Shown here: piece by piece, positions 39,225 through 48,066 of the stretch
Layout of the letters: every line of letters begins with the position of its first letter
Numbering within the stretch: the stretch's first letter is position 1
Virus record (IMG/VR): IMGVR_UViG_3300020536_000396
Span: 1 to 64,000 of that record
Length of the DNA stretch: 64,000 nt
Strand: one strand, 5' to 3'
Origin: an uncultured virus (IMG/VR IMGVR_UViG_3300020536_000396)
Lineage: Duplodnaviria > Heunggongvirae > Uroviricota > Caudoviricetes
Notes under the pieces: generated by a model
What the model saw: the letters and a program-made list of their open reading frames with translations, nothing else
What the model was told of the DNA's origin: nothing
Databases searched by the model: none
Position numbers and translations under genes: made by a program

Positions 39225-41480
39225 ATGACAACTTTTACTGTTGAACAAAAGTCTCAGCTTGCTAAACTTATGGCAACTGAGAACCTTACGGTCGAACACC
39301 AAAAAATTCGAACTGCTATGTTCGATACAAAAAACCGTGTTCTCTACTTGCCAATTTGGCAAAATATGTCTGGCCACCTTTATGACCTTTTGACCGGTCA
39401 TGAAGTTGGCCATGCTTTGTACACTCCTGCGGAAGGTTGGCATGATGTTGCTACCGACAAGTCTAAAGGCAAAGGATACAAATCATTCCTAAATGTTCTC
39501 GAAGATGCTCGAATCGAGAAAAAAGTAATTCGTAAATACCCCGGTCTTCGGCTTTCTTTCCGCAAAGCTTTCAATGACCTATTTGAGCGTGATTTCTTTG
39601 GCATTAAAGATCAAAACATTGACAGCCTTTCCTTTATTGATCGATTGAATTTGTACACCAAGAGCCAATACTCTTTAGATATCGGTTTTACCGATGAAGA
39701 GCAATTGATGGTTCAAGAAGTACAAGCTCTAGAAACTTGGGAAGATGTAGTAAAACTAGCCGATAAAATTTACCAATATTCTAAAGAAGAGCAATACCAA
39801 CTGGAAACGATTCAAGATTTTTCCAATTCCAACGGCTCTTATGATGGTGAAGAAGAATTTGATTTCGATGATATTGAATCTGAAGAAGATGAAACCGATG
39901 GTGAACCAGATTCAACTTCTGAAGGTGGTGATAAAAACTCCAATCCGGAAAATTCTGAAAACTCCCAAGATGATTTCAATTCTGAAGGTGAAAAATCCAA
40001 TGGATCAAATCTAGAATCTAGAAAAGAATCACAAAATTCTTTTGATAATGGCTTCGATGATTTTTCACCTGGATGCCAAACAGATGAACAGTATCGCAAG
40101 AATGAAGATAAACTTTTGGATGAAAAATGCAAACCTTACTTGTATTTGAATATGCCAACTCCGAATTTGGATGTCATTGTTACTCCTGCAAAGCGAGTAC
40201 AACAACTTCTATCGGATAGTTTTGCTTCACAGATTGCTATAAATCGGTTCACGGCAAATGATGTAAACAAATTTGTTCAAGATTTCAAAACCAAAAACGA
40301 AAAGTATATCAACCTTTTGGTGAAAGAGTTTGAAATGCGTAAGGCTGCAAAAGCTTTTAGCAAATCAAAACAATCGGATACTGGTGATATTGATGTTTCC
40401 AAATTGTCTCTTTACAAGTTTGATGATAATATTTTCCGTAAACTTACGATTGTGCCAAAAGGCAAATCGCATGGCATGATTCTTCTTTTGGATTATTCTG
40501 GTTCCATGTCACAAAACATGGCCGGCTCGATTGAACAAATTCTTGTTTTATCTTTGTTTTGCCGTAAAGTGAATATTCCTTTTCATGTTTATGCGTTTTC
40601 AAATTGCACAGCCACATGGTATATTGATAACGAAAAATCTTATGATGTAAGAAAGCCAGAATCTTTTAGTCAAAATCTAAATGAATTTGGTTCCTCTGAT
40701 CTTATTCTTCGTGAATACTTGAACTCAAATATGGGAAATGCTGAGTTTAACAAAGCATTGAAGAATATGATTTTGCTGAAAATGTCGTATGCTGGTCGTG
40801 GCACTCGGTATATTATGCGGCCACAAAGTGAATCGTTATCAAATACACCAATGAATGAGGCGATCATAGCAATGAAACCTATTATGGAAAAATTCAAGAA
40901 AACCAATAACTTGGATATTACAAATTTGGTCATTGTTCATGACGGTGAATCTGATGATATCAATCGCTATCACAAAGAGCCCAATGAAGAAAATTCTGGG
41001 TATACTGGTTGGTACAATACTACTTCACAAAACGTGATTATGCAGGATAAAAAAATAAAGTTTCAATCAAAAATTGAAACTAATTTGAATCAATCTCTTT
41101 TGAAGTGGTTTTCACAAACGACTGGTTCTAAAATTTTTGGTTTCTTTATTGTTCCACCAACCAACATTAGTCGGGTATTGATGTCAAAATACTGTGATAA
41201 GAATGGTAATCATTTGCCTTACAATGCCGATATGTGGGATATAAAGAAAGAATTAGCTAAAAAATTCAGAAAAGAAAAATACCTTCTTTCTAAGAACCCT
41301 GGATTTGATTCATTTTTCTTTATAAATGGTGGTGATGATCTTTTGGCTGAAGATGAGGAACTTGAAATTGAAGGTAAAATAACTTCGGCTAAATTGAAAA
41401 ATGCCTTCATGAAATATAATAAGAGCAAACAAATCAATCGAATTCTTGTTTCTAAATTCATTGAAGGTATTGCAACTTGA
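39225..41480 (+). CDS. Metallopeptidase-like/VWA domain protein (CobT-like partner of the AAA ATPase)
   Basis: GHEVGHAL, NVLEDARIE, acidic linker, MIDAS DYSGSM, TP and HDGE. Confidence 0.85.
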   Translation: MTTFTVEQKSQLAKLMATENLTVEHQKIRTAMFDTKNRVLYLPIWQNMSGHLYDLLTGHEVGHALYTPAEGWHDVATDKSKGKGYKSFLNVLEDARIEKKVIRKYPGLRLSFRKAFNDLFERDFFGIKDQNIDSLSFIDRLNLYTKSQYSLDIGFTDEEQLMVQEVQALETWEDVVKLADKIYQYSKEEQYQLETIQDFSNSNGSYDGEEEFDFDDIESEEDETDGEPDSTSEGGDKNSNPENSENSQDDFNSEGEKSNGSNLESRKESQNSFDNGFDDFSPGCQTDEQYRKNEDKLLDEKCKPYLYLNMPTPNLDVIVTPAKRVQQLLSDSFASQIAINRFTANDVNKFVQDFKTKNEKYINLLVKEFEMRKAAKAFSKSKQSDTGDIDVSKLSLYKFDDNIFRKLTIVPKGKSHGMILLLDYSGSMSQNMAGSIEQILVLSLFCRKVNIPFHVYAFSNCTATWYIDNEKSYDVRKPESFSQNLNEFGSSDLILREYLNSNMGNAEFNKALKNMILLKMSYAGRGTRYIMRPQSESLSNTPMNEAIIAMKPIMEKFKKTNNLDITNLVIVHDGESDDINRYHKEPNEENSGYTGWYNTTSQNVIMQDKKIKFQSKIETNLNQSLLKWFSQTTGSKIFGFFIVPPTNISRVLMSKYCDKNGNHLPYNADMWDIKKELAKKFRKEKYLLSKNPGFDSFFFINGGDDLLAEDEELEIEGKITSAKLKNAFMKYNKSKQINRILVSKFIEGIAT

Positions 41481-41494
41481 TGTTGTTTATTGGC

Positions 41495-41523
41495 AACAGC
41501 CCTTGACAAAGGGCTGTTTTTTT
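41495..41523 (+). terminator. Intrinsic terminator overlapping the next promoter
   Basis: AACAGCCCTT/AAGGGCTGTT stem plus T run. Confidence 0.7.
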
Positions 41524-41531
41524 GATATAAT
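41503..41531 (+). promoter_or_regulatory. Consensus sigma70 promoter for the CobS-like gene
   Basis: TTGACA-N17-TATAAT with TG extension. Confidence 0.85.
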
Positions 41532-41562
41532 TGTTGTACAACATTGATATGGAGTTTACATT

Positions 41563-42735
41563 ATGACTAAGCGTGAAATGACCCGTCAAAAGTTTCTAGA
41601 AGCTCTCCAAGGTCTGGGTAAAGCCCAAGTGACTAAAACGGAGATTAAGCAAGTGTGTGAAACTTTGGGAATTTCTGGTGCTTCATGGTTTACTAAAGAA
41701 GAAACAAACAAAGTTTCCCGTGGCCTTTACCGAGTTCCTGCTGCCACTGTTGATACTGTTAATATGCAGGCTCAAGTTATTCCTATGACCAAAGCCATGG
41801 AAAAATCCACAAACAAAATCGTTAATGTTCAAACTGATTTGGACAGCGTTGATTTGATTCCTAAACAATACAAAAACTATGTTCCTTTTGGTGATTTTGA
41901 GGATATTGTTTCGATTGTTTCTTCGAAAAAGTTTTTCCCTGTTTTCGTTACTGGTCATTCTGGTAACGGTAAAACCATGAGCATCGAACAAGCCTGTGCA
42001 AAGGCAAAACGAAAATTCATTTGTATTTCGATGACACCTGAAACCGATGAAGGTGATCTTCTTGGTAATTATGTTCTGATTAATGGCAATATGGAATGGC
42101 GTGATGGTCCTGTGACCACTGCTGCTCGTCAAGGTGCTGTTCTGTGTATCGATGAGATTGACTATGGTGCTCAGAATCTATCTTGCCTTCAGCGTGTTCT
42201 AGAAGGTAAACCTTTCATGCTCAAAAAGAAAGGTGAACTGATTGTTCCTGCTGAAGGGTTCACTATCTTTGCTACCGCAAATACTAAAGGTAAAGGTTCT
42301 GATGACGGTCGTTATATGTTCACCAATGTTCTGAACGAAGCATTTCTTGAGCGTTTTCTGAACACTTACGAACAGAAGTGGCCTCCTGTTAAAATCGAAA
42401 AGAAAATCATCGAAAAGGAACTACAATCTGTTGGTCGTGAAGATGCCGATTTCTCTGATAAATTGGTATTGTGGGCTGATACAATTCGCCGAACTTTCGA
42501 TGATGGTGGTTGTGATGAAGTGATTTCTACTCGCCGTTTGGTGCATATCGTAAATACTTATGGTATTCACGGTGATAAAATGAAATCAATTTCGCTCTGC
42601 CTAAATCGCTTTGATGAAGATACTAAGGCAAGTTTTCTCGATCTGTATAGCAAAATTGATGCCGGTGTTAATCCTGAAGAAATAACACCTGCTCCGGAAG
42701 TTTCAGCTCCTGTTGAACCAGAACAACCTTTCTAA
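41563..42735 (+). CDS. CobS/MoxR-like AAA+ ATPase
   Basis: GHSGNGKT, LCIDEID, ATANTKGKG, NEAFLERF, ISTRRL. Confidence 0.9.
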   Translation: MTKREMTRQKFLEALQGLGKAQVTKTEIKQVCETLGISGASWFTKEETNKVSRGLYRVPAATVDTVNMQAQVIPMTKAMEKSTNKIVNVQTDLDSVDLIPKQYKNYVPFGDFEDIVSIVSSKKFFPVFVTGHSGNGKTMSIEQACAKAKRKFICISMTPETDEGDLLGNYVLINGNMEWRDGPVTTAARQGAVLCIDEIDYGAQNLSCLQRVLEGKPFMLKKKGELIVPAEGFTIFATANTKGKGSDDGRYMFTNVLNEAFLERFLNTYEQKWPPVKIEKKIIEKELQSVGREDADFSDKLVLWADTIRRTFDDGGCDEVISTRRLVHIVNTYGIHGDKMKSISLCLNRFDEDTKASFLDLYSKIDAGVNPEEITPAPEVSAPVEPEQPF

Positions 42736-42743
42736 TCAATTTC

Positions 42744-42773
42744 AGCCCATCGGTTAAGATGGGCTATTTTTTT
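42744..42773 (+). terminator. Intrinsic terminator
   Basis: AGCCCATC-ggttaa-GATGGGCT plus T run. Confidence 0.8.
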
Positions 42774-42793
42774 ATCTTTTACCTGACTAACTG

Positions 42794-42822
42794 TTGACAA
42801 ACAAAGAAGGTAAGTTTATAAT
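42794..42822 (+). promoter_or_regulatory. Consensus sigma70 promoter
   Basis: TTGACA-N17-TATAAT. Confidence 0.85.
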
Positions 42823-42829
42823 TGTCAAC

Positions 42830-42871
42830 TTGAGAGAACGGTCTCCTCTCAACCGTTTTTAATGTGAGACC
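42830..42871 (+). ncRNA. Predicted H-type pseudoknot in 5'UTR
   Basis: S1 TTGAGAG/CTCTCAA; loop GGTCTC pairs with downstream GAGACC. Confidence 0.55.
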
Positions 42872-42888
42872 AATTTATGGAGTTTGTT

Positions 42889-43179
42889 ATGCCTAACTAT
42901 TCTAACATGTCTGCAAAAGAAAAAATCCTTGCTTATCTTTCGAAAGAAGATGGCTACAACACTTTGACCGTTGCACAAGCTCGTGCTCGCTTCAAAATCG
43001 ATAATGTGACTGCCCGTATCGATGAACTCCGCAAAGAGGGATATGCGATTTATACCAATCGTAAAACTCTCGCCGATGGCCGCAAGATTCAATACTACAA
43101 ACTAGGCAAGCCAACTAAGAAAGTTGTCGCCGCTGGTGTAGAATATCTTCGTATGCAAGGTATCAATGCTTTTGCCTAA
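42889..43179 (+). CDS. Small winged-helix/HTH DNA-binding protein
   Basis: KILAYL...TVAQARARF...ARIDELRKEGYAI; GGAG RBS favours ATG 42889. Confidence 0.7.
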   Translation: MPNYSNMSAKEKILAYLSKEDGYNTLTVAQARARFKIDNVTARIDELRKEGYAIYTNRKTLADGRKIQYYKLGKPTKKVVAAGVEYLRMQGINAFA

Positions 43180-43199
43180 TTTGGGCTAGAAAAAGCATC

Positions 43200-43240
43200 G
43201 AGGAAGTAATACATATAGGTGTTACTTCCTCTTTTTATTT
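43200..43240 (+). terminator. Intrinsic terminator
   Basis: GAGGAAGTAATAC/GTGTTACTTCCTC plus T run. Confidence 0.75.
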
Positions 43241-43252
43241 TATGGGTGAATT

Positions 43253-44068
43253 ATGGAAATTGAAGTTAAGATTGATGATTTGAAGAAAAATAAAATATTT
43301 GTTGCTACGCCGATGTATGGCGGTATGTCACATGGACTGTATGTAAAGTCCTGCCTCGATTTACAAACAGTTATGACACAATACGGTGTAGAAACCAAAT
43401 TTTCATTTCTGTTTAATGAATCACTCATTACCAGAGCAAGAAATTATTTGGTAGACGAGTTTCTCCGCTCAGGTTACACACACTTACTTTTCATTGACTC
43501 GGATATTCATTACAATCCGCAAGATGTTTTAGCTCTGTTGGCATTAGATAAGGATGTTATTGGTGCTCCTTATCCAAAAAAATCTATTAACTGGGGTAAT
43601 GTGGCTACAGCTGCACGAACACACCCAAATATGGAACCAAAAGAACTTGAAAACCTTGTTGGTGAATATGTATTCAATGTAGTGAAAGGCACACAACACT
43701 TTCAAGTTACCGAACCCTTAGAAGTGATGGAAATTGGAACAGGTTTCATGTTGGTAAAACGTAACGTGTTTGAAAGAATGGAAGTGGAATATCCAAACAT
43801 TCGATACAAGCCAGATCATGTTGGTCAAGCCAACTTTGATGGATCACGTTACATTCATGCCTACTTTGATACAGTAATTGACCACAAAGATTCTATCACT
43901 GGTGGTGGATCAGAACGCTATCTATCAGAAGATTACATGTTCTGCCAAATGTGGCGTAAAATGGGCGGTAAAATCTATCTGTGTCCTTGGATGAGAACAC
44001 AACATATTGGTACTTACGCTTTCACAGGTAATATGCCTGCTGTTGCTCAATTCACTGGAAGGCTGTAA
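43253..44068 (+). CDS. GT-A fold glycosyltransferase-like protein
   Basis: ATPMYGG, ESLITRARN, FIDSD, GTGFMLV, SEDYMFC. Confidence 0.8.
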   Translation: MEIEVKIDDLKKNKIFVATPMYGGMSHGLYVKSCLDLQTVMTQYGVETKFSFLFNESLITRARNYLVDEFLRSGYTHLLFIDSDIHYNPQDVLALLALDKDVIGAPYPKKSINWGNVATAARTHPNMEPKELENLVGEYVFNVVKGTQHFQVTEPLEVMEIGTGFMLVKRNVFERMEVEYPNIRYKPDHVGQANFDGSRYIHAYFDTVIDHKDSITGGGSERYLSEDYMFCQMWRKMGGKIYLCPWMRTQHIGTYAFTGNMPAVAQFTGRL

Positions 44069-44373
44069 TGCAAGAGCAAGGTCGTAAATTTGATGGAGGC
44101 AAACTAGAATATGGTTTGCTTCCACCTTTGGCTTTAAAAGCCACAGTTGATGTTCTTACCTTTGGTGCTCAAAAGTATGAACGTGATAATTGGAAAAAAG
44201 TTTCTGATTCCAAACGTAGATACTTTGATGCCATGCAAAGACATATCTGGGCATGGAAAGAAGGTGAAGTAAATGATCCTGAATCTGGTCGCCATCACTT
44301 AGCTCATGCTATGTGTTGCCTCATGTTTCTGTATGAACATGATATACTATATTCAGTAGATGACAATTCTTAA
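44068..44373 (+). CDS. dATP/dGTP diphosphohydrolase-like (DUF5664) protein
   Basis: GRKFDGGK, FGAQKY..DNW, DPESGRHHLAHA. Confidence 0.8.
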   Translation: MQEQGRKFDGGKLEYGLLPPLALKATVDVLTFGAQKYERDNWKKVSDSKRRYFDAMQRHIWAWKEGEVNDPESGRHHLAHAMCCLMFLYEHDILYSVDDNS

Positions 44374-44387
44374 TTATGGAGTAAAAC

Positions 44388-45077
44388 ATGAAGTTATCAA
44401 ATGATACCCTTTCTGTACTAAAAAACTTTGGTTCTATCAATCAAGGTTTGTTTTTCAAAAAAGGTAACACACTAAAGACAGTTTCTTCTCATAAAAATAT
44501 TCTCGCTCAAGTGGATATTAAAGAAGATATTCCTACTGATTTTGGTGTTTATGACCTAAACAATTTTCTTTCTGTAGTTTCTCTACACAAAGATGACCCG
44601 TCTTTCGATTTCGACGACAAGCATGTGGTGATCGTTGGTAATAAAGGTCGTAGTAAAATCAAATATCGTTTTTGTGATCCAAAAATGATTAACACACCAC
44701 CCGAAAAAGATATTGCAATGCCAGAACCAGAAATCAAGTTCGAATTTTCTTCGGAAGATTTCGAATGGATTCTACGTGCTGCGTCTGTTCTATCTTCTCC
44801 TCATGTGGCTATTCAATCTGATGGTGAAGAAGTTCATATCGTCACACTCGACCTTCAAAATGACTCTTCGCATACCGACTCTCTTAAACTAAATGTTAAG
44901 GGTGATGGTAACAAATACAAGATGATTTTCAAAACAGAAAACATCACTAAAGTTATGCCCGGTTCTTATGATGTTTTTATTTCTTCAAAAGGAATCTCCC
45001 GTTGGAATAACAAAAACATCGCTCTAAAATACTGGATCACTACTGAATCTGGAAGCAAATTCGAAAGGTCTGAATAA
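44388..45077 (+). CDS. gp45: Sliding clamp gp45
   Basis: MKLSNDTLSVLKNFGSIN, FGVYDLNNFL. Confidence 0.93.
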   Translation: MKLSNDTLSVLKNFGSINQGLFFKKGNTLKTVSSHKNILAQVDIKEDIPTDFGVYDLNNFLSVVSLHKDDPSFDFDDKHVVIVGNKGRSKIKYRFCDPKMINTPPEKDIAMPEPEIKFEFSSEDFEWILRAASVLSSPHVAIQSDGEEVHIVTLDLQNDSSHTDSLKLNVKGDGNKYKMIFKTENITKVMPGSYDVFISSKGISRWNNKNIALKYWITTESGSKFERSE

Positions 45078-45295
45078 TGGCTTTATATAACTTTACAAAT
45101 GTTTTTGAAGGTAATGCATCAGACACTATCGCTATCAACTCTGACTATGTTGTAGCCGTGTATGAAACATTGTATCCTAATCCTGATACAAATGAACTTG
45201 ATGCTGTCACGAATATTTTTACCTCAAATAGTATTACATACCAAGTTAGAGAGAATTACTTAACTGTAATTGCCACATTAAACTCTAACAACTGA
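45077..45295 (+). CDS. Small hypothetical protein
   Basis: ORF track; coupled to gp45. Confidence 0.6.
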   Translation: MALYNFTNVFEGNASDTIAINSDYVVAVYETLYPNPDTNELDAVTNIFTSNSITYQVRENYLTVIATLNSNN

Positions 45296-45334
45296 TACAA
45301 TTACACTTTATTATGATTTACGTGAGGACTAAAA

Positions 45335-46267
45335 ATGGAACATCTATTGTGGACAGAGAAGTATCGTCCCAAAACCATCGAAGATTGTATTCTCCCGGAA
45401 CGGCTAAAGAAGCCGTTTCAGGAGTACGTCAATCAACAAAACATTCCAAATCTTCTCTTGAGTGGTGGAGCGGGCGTTGGGAAAACAACAGTAGCGAAAG
45501 CTCTGTGCAACGAGATCGGCTGCGACTACATCGTAATCAATGGTTCTGATGAAAGAAACATCGACACATTTCGTGTAACGATTAAGAACTATGCTTCATC
45601 TATGTCTTTGTCTGGTGGCCGCAAGGTCATCATCATTGATGAAGCTGATTATCTGAATCCAAATTCGACACAGCCTGCTCTTCGTAATGCTATAGAAGAG
45701 TTTGCAAGTAATTGCTCTTTCATCTTTACTTGTAACTACAAGAATCGAATCATTGAGCCGTTGCATAGTCGCTGTGCTGTCGTTGAATTCAATTTGAAGA
45801 ATGGTGAGAAGGCTAAGATGGCTTCTCTCTTTTTCATGAGAATTCAATCGATTTTGCAAAGTGAAAAAGTCGAGTATGATGACAAGGTCCTGGCTGAGCT
45901 CATCAAGAAACACTTTCCAGACTTTCGCCGTATCATCAATGAGCTGCAGCGTTACTCTCAGTTTGGTAAGATCGATACTGGTATCCTGTCGCAGATTGGT
46001 GATATAACCCTTACTGAGCTGATTGGCTACCTGAAGTCGAAAGACTTTTCTAATGTCCGGAAGTGGGTGGCCAGCCATGACATTGATCCTGCCACCATGT
46101 ACAGGAAGATTTACGATTCGCTAAATGAGTTGCTAAAGCCGCAATCCGTTCCGCAGGCCATAATTATTTTAGCGGATTATCAGTATAAAGCGGCATTTGT
46201 CGCTGACCAGGAGATAAATACTTTGGCTATGCTCACGGAAATCATGGTCGATTGCGAGTTTTTATGA
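45335..46267 (+). CDS. gp44: Clamp loader large subunit gp44
   Basis: WTEKYRP, GVGKTT, IIDEAD, SRC, FPDFRR. Confidence 0.96.
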   Translation: MEHLLWTEKYRPKTIEDCILPERLKKPFQEYVNQQNIPNLLLSGGAGVGKTTVAKALCNEIGCDYIVINGSDERNIDTFRVTIKNYASSMSLSGGRKVIIIDEADYLNPNSTQPALRNAIEEFASNCSFIFTCNYKNRIIEPLHSRCAVVEFNLKNGEKAKMASLFFMRIQSILQSEKVEYDDKVLAELIKKHFPDFRRIINELQRYSQFGKIDTGILSQIGDITLTELIGYLKSKDFSNVRKWVASHDIDPATMYRKIYDSLNELLKPQSVPQAIIILADYQYKAAFVADQEINTLAMLTEIMVDCEFL

Positions 46268-46743
46268 GTTTACACAGAAGCGATATCACAATTGAAGAAG
46301 GTTTAAAAGTATTTGACGAACCTGCTAAAAGACTTGCTAAGTTGGTGATTCCAAAAATCATTGACTCGATAGTTGAAGTTCAAGAGCACCCAAACAAATA
46401 CAGTATAGATTTGATTGGATATCAAAGTGAAGATTCTCCTGTGGCCTACATTGAGGTTGAAACTTCCCACTCTTGGAAAACTGTAAATTTCCCTTGGAAA
46501 AGACTATCGTATCTTGAAGAGAGAAAGGGTCGATACCTCTACAAAGAAGAGTATCTTAATTTGAATATGTACTTTGTAATGTTCAATAAAGATTTTACAA
46601 GTTTTGCCATCACAGACAGAAATTCTATATTAAAATCTCCTGTGGAATCACATGTCAGAACTTGGAGAGGAAAAGAGCCAGAGAAGTTTAGAATGATTGA
46701 CCGAAAAGACTTCGATGTTTATATCGTGAAAGATTTGTTGTGA
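46264..46743 (+). CDS. Putative PD-(D/E)xK-like endonuclease
   Basis: YSIDLIG...AYIEVET..SW; start reassigned to ATG 46264. Confidence 0.5.
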   Translation: MSLHRSDITIEEGLKVFDEPAKRLAKLVIPKIIDSIVEVQEHPNKYSIDLIGYQSEDSPVAYIEVETSHSWKTVNFPWKRLSYLEERKGRYLYKEEYLNLNMYFVMFNKDFTSFAITDRNSILKSPVESHVRTWRGKEPEKFRMIDRKDFDVYIVKDLL

Positions 46744-47027
46744 AGGGAGAAACCAATGCTATTTTCCAATGGATACGTGATGACTTTGATTCCCATCCTG
46801 CCCGTTTTGTCATTGAGCTTTTGGCTTGGGGCATTAGCATTGGGTGTAGCCTTACTATGGCGATCACAGTCCCTAATCCTCCACTCCTCACTCTTTACCC
46901 TGCTTGGATTACTGGCTGCATCATGTATTCTTGGGCTGCTTATTCTAGGAAATCGTTTGGCATGCTGGCTAACTATTTGCTCATAACTGCAATAGATACA
47001 TTTGGACTGATTAGGATGTTGACATGA
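46740..47027 (+). CDS. Small membrane protein
   Basis: About three hydrophobic segments. Confidence 0.65.
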   Translation: MKGETNAIFQWIRDDFDSHPARFVIELLAWGISIGCSLTMAITVPNPPLLTLYPAWITGCIMYSWAAYSRKSFGMLANYLLITAIDTFGLIRMLT

Positions 47028-47407
47028 ACCCTTTTGATTATGTAAATGCTATATTAAAGAGTAAAGAAAAACTAATTGTTGATGATATAACTGAGAAAGG
47101 ATACGAACCATTTCTAGTAAACCGATCTTTGTCTTATCATAAAGACTGTGTGTTCTATGCAAATGAGATGAATCGGAGGCACCATTTAGATAAAAAATTA
47201 CAAAATGATTTCCTTCTAAATACCATCAGGTCCCAGAAAAGGACTTTTGCTAAGTGGGTTAAGCGTGAAAAAAGTGAAGATATAGAATGTGTTAAATTAG
47301 TCTATGGTTTCTCTGACTCAAAATCCCGTGAGGCATTACGCCTACTTAGCAATGAACAAATCCAACAACTAAAAGAACAAACCGAGATCGGTGGATTAAG
47401 GAAATGA
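47024..47407 (+). CDS. gp62: Clamp loader small subunit gp62
   Basis: PFDYVNAI, YEPFLVNRSLS, ANEMN. Confidence 0.9.
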   Translation: MNPFDYVNAILKSKEKLIVDDITEKGYEPFLVNRSLSYHKDCVFYANEMNRRHHLDKKLQNDFLLNTIRSQKRTFAKWVKREKSEDIECVKLVYGFSDSKSREALRLLSNEQIQQLKEQTEIGGLRK

Positions 47408-47408
47408 T

Positions 47409-47813
47409 ATGGTTGATTTATCCAAGTTTGTTGAGGTGAAACTCAACGAACAGGACGATTTTCTAAAGGTAAGAGAAACTTTGACTAGGATTGGAGTATC
47501 ATCCAGAAAAGAAAAAGTCCTGTATCAGTCTTGCCACATTTTACATAAACAAGGCAAGTATTACATTGTACATTTTAAAGAGTTATTTGCATTAGATGGT
47601 AAACCCTCAAATCTCTCTGAAAATGATATACAAAGAAGAAATGCAATTGCTAATTTGCTAGAAGAGTGGGGTTTAGTTAAAATTATGAACCGATCTATTT
47701 TAGAAAATAATATAGCACCACTGCATCAAATTAAAATTATCTCTTTTAAAGAGAAAGATCAGTGGGAACTGATAACAAAATATAATATAGGCAAAAAATC
47801 ACAAGATTACTAA
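47409..47813 (+). CDS. regA: Translational repressor RegA
   Basis: DFLKVRETLTRIG, QSCHILHKQGKYYIVHFKELF. Confidence 0.96.
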   Translation: MVDLSKFVEVKLNEQDDFLKVRETLTRIGVSSRKEKVLYQSCHILHKQGKYYIVHFKELFALDGKPSNLSENDIQRRNAIANLLEEWGLVKIMNRSILENNIAPLHQIKIISFKEKDQWELITKYNIGKKSQDY

Positions 47814-47827
47814 TATGGTGATTAATT

Positions 47828-48010
47828 ATGACAAAAGTGAAAAACAAATCTATCAAGTTAGTGAATAAATATACTAAAGAAGAAGTGTACACAAGAGACT
47901 ATGATAATGTGGTTAAAGACGGCAACAACGAGTTTATTCGTGTTTTCGAATCACATAATCCTAACCGAACTTTTCTTGTCAACCGACAGGCTTTTGTGGT
48001 TGTCAAGTAA
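47828..48010 (+). CDS. Small hypothetical protein
   Basis: ORF track. Confidence 0.55.
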   Translation: MTKVKNKSIKLVNKYTKEEVYTRDYDNVVKDGNNEFIRVFESHNPNRTFLVNRQAFVVVK

Positions 48011-48012
48011 GT

Positions 48013-48066
48013 AGTGGCGCCTAATGGGCCACTTTATTAACTTGCTTAAAAAAAGGAGAAAATATG
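48013..48066 (+). promoter_or_regulatory. ROSE-like RNA thermometer upstream of hsp20
   Basis: 5' hairpin AGTGGC/GCCACT, then CTTGCT able to pair with the AGGAG SD. Confidence 0.5.

Noticed and set aside
39225..42735. Cobalamin biosynthesis (cobT/cobS)
   Set aside because: No cobN or other cob genes in the window; generic VWA/MoxR pair
42793..42829. Divergent promoter from the GTTGACAA/TTGTCAAC inverted repeat
   Set aside because: The minus-strand TTGACA has no -10 at the right spacing; it could still be an operator
45596..46078. 160-aa minus-strand ORF inside gp44
   Set aside because: Antisense shadow, probably lengthened by the local G/C-richer codon usage; no motifs
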